64,000 nt of DNA, taken from assembly GCA_938084645.1 (NCBI GenBank), contig CALKEP010000022.1, forward strand, positions 76,176 to 140,175, written 5' to 3'. Both the position numbers and the translations under genes were made by a program. Positions 28,992 through 37,900 of the stretch are shown one piece after another. Positions within the stretch are counted from its first letter, which is position 1. Every line of letters starts with the position of its first letter. The stretch is from an uncultured Phycisphaerales bacterium (lineage in GTDB: Bacteria > Planctomycetota > Phycisphaerae > Phycisphaerales > SM1A02). The notes under the pieces were generated by a model. The model was not told where the DNA came from, searched no databases, and was given only the letters and a program-made list of their open reading frames with translations.

Positions 28992-30470
28992 ATGATGCAC
29001 CGTCTCCAGTTCGCCCCCGTTTCAAGACCTCGGAACCTCCACGCCCGGCGCCTCGGCGTCAGGTCGCTGCTCACCGGGTTCCTTCTTCTCGGATGCACCG
29101 AGCTCCTCGGATGCTCGAACCGTCAGGTGAAGGTCGAGATGGTGGCGGGCGAAGCGGGGCCGGAACGGATCTTCGAGACCAACCGCACGGACCGGGAGGA
29201 GATCGGCCGGCTCTCCGAGGCGTACGAAACCACCCCGACGGAGCGGGCGAACGGTCGAGACGGCGTCCGATTCGAAGGGGTGTTCGCCGAACGGGAACTG
29301 CCCAGCGAGATCGGCAACCGGAACGGCTGGTCGACGCTGCCCGGAACCTTCGGCACCGCCTACTACTACGTCGAGCAGTTCGGCGCCGTGCGCGACGACT
29401 GGACCGCCTTCCGGGATCGGATGAACGCAGGCGAATTGTGGATCCGATTCGCAATCAGCTTCTTCGAGTCGAGGATCGATGGCGAGGAAGAGCGCGTCGA
29501 ATGGCGTCGCTTCGCCGAGGAGGAACTGCTGCCGGACGCCATGAGCGCCTTCCTGAGATTCAACGCCGGTGGATACGTCCAGCAGGGTCAGCGGATCGAC
29601 ACTCGCTTCCGCCCGCCGCAGGAACGCGGGCCCCGTACCGATGACGAGTGGTTCCAGGTCCAGGTGTTCGCGCCACTGGTCGGCTTCGCGGTCGAACGGG
29701 GATGGGTGGAGCCCTGGGAGGCGCAGCTGACCCTCCTCTCGGGAATCGATGGCTGGGTCTCCGCGGGTGAACGGGCGTGGACGCGCAAGGAACTCGCCGA
29801 TCCGATCGTCAAGCGGAGCGTGGGTCGCTTCGTTCCGGGTGCGGATCCCGGTGAGATCGGGCCGGGGAATCAGAAGTTGATCCTCACCGGTCTCGCCTTC
29901 CTGTGGTGGGTCAACACGTCGAAGGACGCGGTGGAGCTCATGCTCGAGTCGGCGGCGATTCCCGAAGCGGACAAGGCCAGGCTGCGAAAGGGCGACCGAT
30001 CGATCGACCTGCCCGGACCGTTCGGCATCCCGATCGGCGGCGGTGAGCGTCCCCTGGAGAGCGAGGTCGTGCTTCGAACCGAGGTCGAACCGTTTCTCAC
30101 CAACGGGACGTGGGACGAGAGCCTCGGCACGGTTTCCTTTGCCACGAGGATCTATCCACCCACCCAGCGGCGGCGGATGACGCCACCCGTCTTCCATGCG
30201 AACTGGGCCGTGCCGGATGCGTCGGTACAGCGATCCATCTTCGGTGGGGTCGAACTGGTCGGACAGAGCCTTGCGGAGAGTGCGTTCTGGGAGCGGATGT
30301 TCGATGACGATCGCCGCGCCGAATGGTCCGCCGCGCTGGATGCGGCGAAGGCCGCCGGTTCCCCCGAACCGCTCCGCGCGTTCATCGAGTCGGTGGACGG
30401 TGAGGATGCGGAGTCGCTCCCCGCGCCGGATGGGCTTCGGGAGCTCGTCTTCCGGGAGCCCGGCGCGTGA
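28992..30470 (+). CDS. Hypothetical (lipo)protein
   Basis: LLGC lipobox-like segment; long clean ORF; TAGAAT 6 nt before the ATG. Confidence 0.7.
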   Translation: MMHRLQFAPVSRPRNLHARRLGVRSLLTGFLLLGCTELLGCSNRQVKVEMVAGEAGPERIFETNRTDREEIGRLSEAYETTPTERANGRDGVRFEGVFAERELPSEIGNRNGWSTLPGTFGTAYYYVEQFGAVRDDWTAFRDRMNAGELWIRFAISFFESRIDGEEERVEWRRFAEEELLPDAMSAFLRFNAGGYVQQGQRIDTRFRPPQERGPRTDDEWFQVQVFAPLVGFAVERGWVEPWEAQLTLLSGIDGWVSAGERAWTRKELADPIVKRSVGRFVPGADPGEIGPGNQKLILTGLAFLWWVNTSKDAVELMLESAAIPEADKARLRKGDRSIDLPGPFGIPIGGGERPLESEVVLRTEVEPFLTNGTWDESLGTVSFATRIYPPTQRRRMTPPVFHANWAVPDASVQRSIFGGVELVGQSLAESAFWERMFDDDRRAEWSAALDAAKAAGSPEPLRAFIESVDGEDAESLPAPDGLRELVFREPGA

Positions 30471-32911
30471 GCGCGAGGCGGGGACGGCGTTTCGGCCGTC
30501 GACTGCTCGTGGTCTCGGGCCTGGGCGTCTCGATCGCGATCCCCTCGATCACGTCGATGGGAACGGATCGTCTCGAGGCCGCGAATCCGATCGCCTTCGC
30601 GATGGGATCCAGCCCGCCCGGCGGACCGCACGCCGCCGGGGACGCCGAGGAGATCTTCGCCGAGACGATCGACATCTACTGCATCGACTGCCATCGTGGA
30701 AGCGGCGCGGAGGGCGGCATCGACCTTCGCGCGGTGGCCGACGCCGCGACGCTGCACGAGGTCGAGCCTTCACTGCTGCTCGCGGTGCGCGATCGGCTGC
30801 GGGCCCGCGACATGCCGCCGCCGCGTGTCCACGTCGGCGAGGATCCGGCTCCCTCCGATCGGCCCGGGGAGGAGGAGTACCGGCAGGCGGTCGACGTGCT
30901 CGGGGAGCTGCTCGGAGCGCGAGCGGCCACGGCCGGCGTCCCGGACGTGGTGCTTCGCCGACTGAATCGGCACGAACTGGGCAACGCGATCGAAGCGGTC
31001 TTCGGGGTGCGGGTGGACGTCTCCGGGCTGCCGGCGGACGACGTCGGACACGGCTTCGATCATCTGGGCGAGGTTCTCGCCACCAGTCCGTTGCTCTTCG
31101 AGAAACTGGTGGACCTCGCGGAGGAGGTCGCCCGTCGGGTCGTGTTCGATCCGGAGACGGCGCAGCCCGAGGTCCGGGTCGCGAAGGGATCGGATCTTTC
31201 CGGCGGGCGGAGCCGGGGTGCAGGTCGGGTTCTCTCCACCCGCGGTCGTGTTCAGGCGACGTTCGACGTCCCACGGCCCGGTCGCTACCGAGCCGAGTTC
31301 CTGCTGGGCGGCCAGCAGGCGGGTGACGAGGCGGTCCGGTTCGAACTTCGTCGAGGGCCCGCGTCCGTGAGTCGGGTCGACGTGCCGGCGCCGATGGACC
31401 GACCGGTGACCGAAGGGTTCGAATTCGAACACGCGGATGCCGCGGTCGAACTCTCCGCATCGTTTCTGAACGACTTCTATCGAAAGCGGACCGCGGACGA
31501 CCCGGGTGAGGATCGAAACGCGTTCGTCGCCGAGATCCGGCTCGTGGGCCCGCTTGATCCACCGCAACCCGGCGATCTGCAACGGGCGCTCGCGGCCCGA
31601 CTTCGCGATGGAGATCGCCGGGTGGCCGTGGCGCGGGCTTCGCGATGGCTTCTCGAGCGATGCTGGGGGCGTCGCATCGAATCCGAGGAAGCGCTGCGAC
31701 TCGCGGATCGGTTGATCGCGGCGACCCCGACCGTCGCGTCCACGGAGGGGGGATCATCTCGAGCCGCCTTGATGCAGACGCTCGTCGTCTATGCGATCGC
31801 GAGTCCCGAATTCCTGTTCCGCATCGAGTCTCCGCGTTCGGGAGTCGAGCCCGGATCGGACGGGTCGGTTCCGCTCGACGGCTATGCGGTGGCGGGGCGG
31901 CTCGCCGCGTTTCTCAAGGGTGGCATTCCCGACGAGGCGTTGATCGCCTCGGCCCGATCGGGGCGGCTCGACACCGAACGGGGGATTCTCCGCGAAGTCG
32001 AACGGCTTCTGCGCCAGGGGGGCGCCCGTTCGCTCGGTGAGCGATTCGCGACCCAGTGGCTGCACATCGACGGCGTCGAGCGGCTGGAACCGGATCCGGA
32101 CCGATTCGGGGAGATCCCCGACGCGCTGCTTGCGGACATGCGCGAAGAGACCGTGCTGGTGTTCGAGGAGCTCGTGGAGCGGGATCGGCCGATCACCGAC
32201 CTCTTTCGCCAGTCATCGAGCTGGTGGACCCCGGAACTCGCACGCCACTACGGGCTCGACCCGGTGGCGCTCGGCCTCGACGATTCGGGATTCGCTCGCG
32301 TCGATCTCGACGAGACCATGCTGCCTCAGGCCGGCCTCGGCGTGTTGCGGCACGCCAGCATCCTGCTCGCCACGAGCAACCCGACGCGGACCTCGCCGGT
32401 CAAGCGCGGCAAGTGGGTGATGGAGTCGCTCCTCGACTGTCCGCCGCCGCCGGCGCCGCCGGGGGCGCCGCAGCTTCCCGACCCGGACGAAGATCGAGCG
32501 GAGGGGGAGTCGCTTCGACGCATGCTCGAGATCCATCGCCAGGACCCGGAATGCGCCTCGTGCCACGTCCGCATGGACGCCATCGGTTTCGCGCTCGAAC
32601 CGCTCGACGCGGTGGGTCGATGGCGGACCGTCTCCGACGGCCACGCGGTCGATGCCGCCGCCATCCTGCCGAACGGCCGGCGGATCGACGGACCCGCGGA
32701 TCTTCGGGATGTGATCGTCGAGGATCCCGCCCTGCTGCGTTCATTCGGGAAACATCTGATGGTCTATGCACTCGGTCGCGGGCTCGAGTGGCGTGATGAA
32801 CCAGTGCTCGATGATCTGGTGCGTGTGCTGCAGGCGAGACCGACGGTACGGGCGGCGATCGAGTTCATCGTTCTCGACGACGTCTTCCGGCGGATGCCGA
32901 AGACCGATTGA
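30467..32911 (+). CDS. DUF1592/1588/1587-family planctomycete cytochrome
   Basis: CIDCH, LRRLNRHE, LPADD..GFD, SPEFLFRIE, TSPVKRGKWV, CASCH, YALGRG; inserted module ending FLNDFY...DRNAFV. Confidence 0.9.
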   Translation: MSARRGRRFGRRLLVVSGLGVSIAIPSITSMGTDRLEAANPIAFAMGSSPPGGPHAAGDAEEIFAETIDIYCIDCHRGSGAEGGIDLRAVADAATLHEVEPSLLLAVRDRLRARDMPPPRVHVGEDPAPSDRPGEEEYRQAVDVLGELLGARAATAGVPDVVLRRLNRHELGNAIEAVFGVRVDVSGLPADDVGHGFDHLGEVLATSPLLFEKLVDLAEEVARRVVFDPETAQPEVRVAKGSDLSGGRSRGAGRVLSTRGRVQATFDVPRPGRYRAEFLLGGQQAGDEAVRFELRRGPASVSRVDVPAPMDRPVTEGFEFEHADAAVELSASFLNDFYRKRTADDPGEDRNAFVAEIRLVGPLDPPQPGDLQRALAARLRDGDRRVAVARASRWLLERCWGRRIESEEALRLADRLIAATPTVASTEGGSSRAALMQTLVVYAIASPEFLFRIESPRSGVEPGSDGSVPLDGYAVAGRLAAFLKGGIPDEALIASARSGRLDTERGILREVERLLRQGGARSLGERFATQWLHIDGVERLEPDPDRFGEIPDALLADMREETVLVFEELVERDRPITDLFRQSSSWWTPELARHYGLDPVALGLDDSGFARVDLDETMLPQAGLGVLRHASILLATSNPTRTSPVKRGKWVMESLLDCPPPPAPPGAPQLPDPDEDRAEGESLRRMLEIHRQDPECASCHVRMDAIGFALEPLDAVGRWRTVSDGHAVDAAAILPNGRRIDGPADLRDVIVEDPALLRSFGKHLMVYALGRGLEWRDEPVLDDLVRVLQARPTVRAAIEFIVLDDVFRRMPKTD

Positions 32912-33002
32912 GCGGGTTTTCGATGGTTCTCGTTGCCGCACTGGAATGCGGGCGGTACCGTCGAGTGGAGCGATCGAGCGTGTGTCGACAAGGAGGAACC
33001 TC

Positions 33003-34364
33003 GTGAGCCGACCCCTGTCCCGTCGAACCGTGTTGCGAGGCCTGGGTACCGCGGTGGCGCTTCCCTGGTTGGAGGCGATGTCCCCCGGAACGATCGGTTC
33101 CGCGGCCCGCGCCGCCACCCTCCGACCGTCCACCCGGGTCGCCTTCCTCTTCGTCCCGAACGGCGTGCATGCGCCCGAGTGGCTTCCCACGTCGACCGGC
33201 CCCGGCGTCCATGCGCTTCCCAGCTCGCTTCCGCCGCTGCTCGAGCCCCTCGATCGCGTTCGGTCGCACGTGACGCTCCATGCCGGGCTCGCACACGGGA
33301 ACGCTCGGGCGCTCGGTGACGGCCCGGGTGATCACGCCCGAAGCGCGGCCTGCTTCCTGACCGGCACCCATCCGAAGAAGACCGCGGGAAGCGACATCCA
33401 GAACGGAATCTCGATCGACCAGGCGATCGCGAGTCATGATCGGGGGCGTCATCGCTTCGACAGCCTCGAACTTGGTTGCGAGCCCACGCTCACCGCAGGC
33501 AATTGTGATTCGGGCTACTCGTGCGCCTACAGCGCGAACATCGCCTGGCGGTCCCCACGGACGCCGGTGGCGAAGGAGACCAGTCCCCGCGCAGTGTTCG
33601 AACGTCTGTTCATGGCGGGACCGGCTCACGAGTCCCTGGCGGCGCGACACCGTCGGCTGACCCGCCGGCGGAGCATTCTCGACGTCGTGCGTGGCGACGC
33701 CAGTCGGCTGGCCGGATCACTTGGCGGCCGTGATCGTCAGAAACTCGAAGAGTATCTCGACGGTGCCCGTGAACTCGAGCGGAGGATCGAGCAGGTCGAA
33801 CGGTCCGAGCAGGACGCCTCGGACTGGGGGCTCGACCACCTTCCCGCGGGAACGCCGGGCGACTACGCGGAGCATCTCACCCTGATGGGTGATCTCATGG
33901 CCCTGGCCTTCCGTCTCGACCTGACTCGAACCTGCACGTTCATGTGGGCGAACGAGGGCTCCAATCGCACGTTTCCGATGGTCGACGTGCGGCAGGGGCA
34001 CCACCACCTGTCGCATCATGCGGGCGATGAGGCGAAGGTGGACGCGATCCGTCGGATCAATCGATGGCAGAACGAGCAGTTCGCTTCACTGGTCGATCGC
34101 CTCGCGAACACCGAGGACGAGGCGGGTGGATCCCTGCTCGACGACACCCTCATTCTCTACGGCGGTGCCATATCCGATGGAAATCGGCACAACCATCACG
34201 ATCTGCCGATCGTGGTCGCGGGGCGGGGTGGCGGCGCCGAGCCGGGCCGACTCGTCGATCACGGTCCACGGACGCCGCTGTGCAATCTCTTCCGATCGAT
34301 GGCATCGGCTGCCGGTGCGCCGCTCGAGCGATTCGGTGACTCGACCGGTCTCGCGACGCTCTGA
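33003..34364 (+). CDS. DUF1552-family (Tat-signal) protein
   Basis: SRRTVLRGLG..LPWLEAM, FVPNG, CDSGYSCAY, SILD, HHHLSHH, GNRHNH; AGGAGG SD. Confidence 0.92.
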   Translation: MSRPLSRRTVLRGLGTAVALPWLEAMSPGTIGSAARAATLRPSTRVAFLFVPNGVHAPEWLPTSTGPGVHALPSSLPPLLEPLDRVRSHVTLHAGLAHGNARALGDGPGDHARSAACFLTGTHPKKTAGSDIQNGISIDQAIASHDRGRHRFDSLELGCEPTLTAGNCDSGYSCAYSANIAWRSPRTPVAKETSPRAVFERLFMAGPAHESLAARHRRLTRRRSILDVVRGDASRLAGSLGGRDRQKLEEYLDGARELERRIEQVERSEQDASDWGLDHLPAGTPGDYAEHLTLMGDLMALAFRLDLTRTCTFMWANEGSNRTFPMVDVRQGHHHLSHHAGDEAKVDAIRRINRWQNEQFASLVDRLANTEDEAGGSLLDDTLILYGGAISDGNRHNHHDLPIVVAGRGGGAEPGRLVDHGPRTPLCNLFRSMASAAGAPLERFGDSTGLATL

Positions 34365-34385
34365 TCGGGATTCACGGCTCTTCGC

Positions 34386-35630
34386 TCACTCGACGGGACG
34401 CAGCAGGATCCGGCACGCGACGCGCTGCAGCGTCCGGGTGTGCCGGACGGCCGGACCGGAGAGAATCCCGTCGCGGATCGCCCTGGGGATCGCGATCAAC
34501 GCGGAGCGGAACGCGAGGTAGTTCTGTGGAGTGAGGTCGAGCCGATGCCCGGGAGGCGGCTTGCGGCCGGAGAACAACTGAATGCCGTTCGCGATGTTGA
34601 ACGCATGACTGTCGAGCAGGTCCTCGGTGACGGGCGGATAGGTCAGGAGAACGTAGGCGAAGGTCTCGGGCTCCCGGTCGAAGCTGAGAAGTGCGCCCTT
34701 GGCGTAGTGTTCGATGAAGTCGGCGGCGTTCTGGTCCTCGCTATCGCTGAAGTTGCTGCGCAACGCGTACCAGTGGTCGAGAATCTCGCCGTGCACGGTG
34801 TGGAGAAGCGACTGCTTGTTCCGGAACTTGCTGTAGAGGTCGGTGTCATGACATCTGGCGAGGGTGGAGATCGCTCGAACCGTGGCGGCTTCCACACCGT
34901 GTTCCGCGACGATTCGAGTGGTGGCGGCCATCAGGCGGGCGCGGGTCGAATCCTCTCGCATGAACTCCGGGTCATGGATGCCGCGTCGCGGTCCGGCCCC
35001 GATGGGCGGATCGGGTTCGGTCACGACGGGGGGATCTCCAGTCCGCTGGATCAGGATGGATGAAATGGTCTGCGAGAGTTCGTCCGCGAGTGGCGTGGAT
35101 GGTCCCTCCCTGGTTCCCGCGTGAATCTCGCATGCGGCGCCGAGCAGGATCGCGTGGGCGATGGCGAAGGCCACGGGAGACGTTTCGAGCGTTTCATCCG
35201 ATCTCGTCTTGAATCCCGCGAACGGCGCCCGCATTCGATCGAAGGCCGCTCGGGCGTGTTTCGGGTCGCCGGTGATGACCGGCGGTGCCACCAGGCCGAT
35301 GAATGCGAATGCATCGGGGGATTCATCGAAGGATTGGAGCGTCGTGCGGGTCCAGTCCGCGATCAGGTCTCGGGCGGTGCCGCCTTCGTTCCGCTCGACG
35401 ATCGAGGCGTACATCGCATCTCGGCGTCCGGCGATCTCTTCGAAGACGATCTTCTGCATCGTCGCCTTGTTCTCGAAGTGATCGTAGAGCACGGACTCGT
35501 TGCAGCCCGCCTCCCGGGTGATCCTCCGGACGCTGCCACCGGCGGTGCCGTCCCGGCTCACGATCTTCACCATCGCATCGGCGATTCGATCCCTGGTGTT
35601 TTTTTGCGGCCCGTCGGGAGTGTTGCTCAT
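34386..35630 (-). CDS. Double TetR/AcrR-family regulator (two complete TetR units fused)
   Basis: TRDRIADAMVKIV..G....SVRRITREAGCNESVLYDHFENK and TRARLMAATTRIV..G..AATVRAISTLARCHDTDLYSKFRNK. Confidence 0.85.
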   Translation of the reverse strand: MSNTPDGPQKNTRDRIADAMVKIVSRDGTAGGSVRRITREAGCNESVLYDHFENKATMQKIVFEEIAGRRDAMYASIVERNEGGTARDLIADWTRTTLQSFDESPDAFAFIGLVAPPVITGDPKHARAAFDRMRAPFAGFKTRSDETLETSPVAFAIAHAILLGAACEIHAGTREGPSTPLADELSQTISSILIQRTGDPPVVTEPDPPIGAGPRRGIHDPEFMREDSTRARLMAATTRIVAEHGVEAATVRAISTLARCHDTDLYSKFRNKQSLLHTVHGEILDHWYALRSNFSDSEDQNAADFIEHYAKGALLSFDREPETFAYVLLTYPPVTEDLLDSHAFNIANGIQLFSGRKPPPGHRLDLTPQNYLAFRSALIAIPRAIRDGILSGPAVRHTRTLQRVACRILLRPVE

Positions 35631-35671
35631 GCTCGAGCCCTCGGCGTCGTCCCCCGCTCGACGACGATGCT

Positions 35672-36262
35672 TTACGCCGGTGGGAGCAGGATTCCCTCGG
35701 CGATGCTTGCAATCGGTTCGACGTACTGCATCGCGGGGCCTGAGAGTACGCCTGCATGAATGTCGCGCGCTGGTCCGATGAGCGCTGCACGGAAAGCCGA
35801 GAAACTGATCGGCGTCAATTCCCACCGCCGTCCGTCCGGCGGTGCCAGTCGATCGAGCGACTCCCTGAACAACTTGGAGTTCGCGTGATAGGCGACGGAC
35901 GTGACGCCGATGATCGAAGGGAACGCCAGCAATGTATAGGCGAACGCGTTCGGACGCTCGTCGTAGAAGCGATAGCTCTCCGTGATCCAGATCCGGATGA
36001 ACGATCTCGGGTCGGTTTCGGCGCGGGTCGCGTTCCGTCTCGACTCGGCGAGTTCAAGGGCCAGTTCGGCGAAGATCTCCTCCTGCATCCGGCCCTTGTT
36101 TTCGAAGTGGTGATAGATCACCGCTTCGTTGCATCCCGCTTCGCGAGCGATGGTCCGGACGCTGGCGGCATGACGACCCTGTTCGCCCACGACCTTGATC
36201 GCCGCATCGACGATCCGTCGTCTCGTGGCGAGCCGGGTCGGGCTGTTCTTCCTCGTCTGCAT
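35672..36262 (-). CDS. TetR/AcrR-family regulator
   Basis: TRRRIVDAAIKVV..G..AASVRTIAREAGCNEAVIYHHFENK; GAGGA SD. Confidence 0.92.
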   Translation of the reverse strand: MQTRKNSPTRLATRRRIVDAAIKVVGEQGRHAASVRTIAREAGCNEAVIYHHFENKGRMQEEIFAELALELAESRRNATRAETDPRSFIRIWITESYRFYDERPNAFAYTLLAFPSIIGVTSVAYHANSKLFRESLDRLAPPDGRRWELTPISFSAFRAALIGPARDIHAGVLSGPAMQYVEPIASIAEGILLPPA

Positions 36263-36382
36263 GTTCCTCGAAGCTCCGTATGGGTTCTCTGACCCACCCC
36301 TGATCCACCCCGGTGGGGAATCCTATCGCCTGCTCGGGGCGTGGCTACTTCAAAGCCAGAAATTTCTCGCCGTGGTGGCTGC

Positions 36383-36403
36383 GTCAAAAAAGGGGTTTTT
36401 GAC
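36383..36403. promoter_or_regulatory. Palindromic candidate operator containing back-to-back TTGAC
   Basis: GTCAAAAA-agggg-TTTTTGAC upstream of the TetR genes. Confidence 0.5.
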
Positions 36404-36440
36404 CACACGGAGAAGACTGCCGACAGATTCCGACAATTTA

Positions 36441-36592
36441 CCCCGCCTTTTGTTCGCAAGACTTGTGGCGGGGACTATATTTTTTGTGACTTTCTTATTC
36501 AGACTCTTTCGTCCGGGGTCTTGGTACTCGCTTCGGCTTTTGCCGAGACCCCCTTCAAGCCTCTCGGTTCTTCGGAACCGAGAGGCTTCTTA
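36441..36592 (+). ncRNA. Candidate structured small RNA or leader with three UUCG-capped hairpins
   Basis: Hairpins at 36441-36473, 36515-36552 and 36557-36588, each with a TTCG loop; U-rich linker. Confidence 0.55.
36557..36592 (+). terminator. Strong hairpin, probable intrinsic terminator
   Basis: AAGCCTCTCGGTTC-TTCG-GAACCGAGAGGCTT-CTTA, perfect 14-bp stem. Confidence 0.7.
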
Positions 36593-36660
36593 TCGGCGTT
36601 GATCGCGCCGCAGTGGGCAGCCAGCTCGATTCTTCTGCCGGGTGTCGGTCCGTGGCGTCG

Positions 36661-37839
36661 ATGACACGACATATGAAGCCCGTCGACGCGATCGTTCTTG
36701 GCCTGGGCGGCATGGGGGCCTCGACGCTGGCAGCGCTCTCGCGGCGAGGAGTCGACGCGCTCGGCATCGATCAGGAACCCCTGCCTCATGCCCGAGGGAG
36801 TTCACACGGGGGAAGTCGGATCATTCGCCGGGCGTACTTCGAGCATGCTGACTACGTCCCGCTCCTGAATGCATCCTTCGAAGGCTGGCGGCGATTGGAG
36901 CAGGCGTCCGGCTCGACCTGTTTTCATCGGACCGGCGTGCTTCTGGTGGGGCCGGCCGACTCCACGATCATCCAGGCGTCGCGATCGAGCGCGGATGCTC
37001 ACGGCGTACCGGTGGAACTGTTCGACCCGGATCGGATGCGACGCCGGTTCCCTCAGTTCGCGCGTGATCGGGGGTGGTGGGGGCTCTTCGAGCCGGATGC
37101 GGGATTCGTCGATCCGGAGGCCGGCGTCCACGCCCATCTTGCGATGGCCCGGCGGTCGGGTGCCTCGATTCGCAGGCCGATGAAGGTCATCTCCGTCGAT
37201 GGCGACGACCATGAGGCGGTGGTCCGGACGGACCGCGAGGAGATCCGGACGAATCGACTCGTGGTGGCCGCGGGCGCATGGACCTCATCGCTGCTCGGTG
37301 ATCACCTGTCGGTGCCGCTGATCCCGAACCGGAAGGCCATGGTCTGGTTCGAGCCGGTGGATCCCCGGGCCTGCTCGCCGGCGGAGATGCCCGCCTGGCT
37401 GATCGACGACGGCCATGCCGCTGGATGCTATTACGGCGTTCCGGCCTGGCCGGGGCAATCGGCTCCACTCGGGGTGAAGATCGGTCTTCACGGTCCCGGA
37501 AGCGTGGTGGATCCAGATGCATCCCACGAGATCACGGAGATCACGCCCGAGGTGGTCGATCGATTCACCGTGGATCTCGCGGATCGCCTCCCCGGCGTTC
37601 TCAAAGGCCCGATCGCCGCGCAGGCGTGCCTCTACACGATGAGTCCCGACGAGCACTTCGTTGTCGACCGTCTTCCCGGTCGGGGCTCGATGGTCGTGGT
37701 CGGCGGATTCAGCGGACACGGGTACAAGTTCGCGCCGGTCATCGGAGAGATCGCCGCCGACCTCGCGATCGACGGAGCCACTGCCCAGCCGGCCGGGTTC
37801 CTGGGGCTTGATCGATTTCGCGAAGATCAGCTCGAGTGA
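36661..37839 (+). CDS. solA: Monomeric sarcosine oxidase / N-methyl-L-tryptophan oxidase family flavoenzyme
   Basis: GLGGMG, GSSHGGSRIIRRAY, CLYTMSPDEHF (FAD-linked Cys), GFSGHGYKF. Confidence 0.88.
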   Translation: MTRHMKPVDAIVLGLGGMGASTLAALSRRGVDALGIDQEPLPHARGSSHGGSRIIRRAYFEHADYVPLLNASFEGWRRLEQASGSTCFHRTGVLLVGPADSTIIQASRSSADAHGVPVELFDPDRMRRRFPQFARDRGWWGLFEPDAGFVDPEAGVHAHLAMARRSGASIRRPMKVISVDGDDHEAVVRTDREEIRTNRLVVAAGAWTSSLLGDHLSVPLIPNRKAMVWFEPVDPRACSPAEMPAWLIDDGHAAGCYYGVPAWPGQSAPLGVKIGLHGPGSVVDPDASHEITEITPEVVDRFTVDLADRLPGVLKGPIAAQACLYTMSPDEHFVVDRLPGRGSMVVVGGFSGHGYKFAPVIGEIAADLAIDGATAQPAGFLGLDRFREDQLE

Positions 37840-37900
37840 GTCCGCTATTCTCAAGAAGAGGGCGGCTGCTCGTGCCGCCTCGCAATCCGGAGTCCCTCGA

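Noticed and set aside
36465..36602. Phe-rich leader peptide (MAGTIFFVTFLFRLF...) as an attenuator
   Set aside because: It has no SD and the ORF runs through the terminator instead of stopping before it. The Phe codons simply reflect the U-rich linker.
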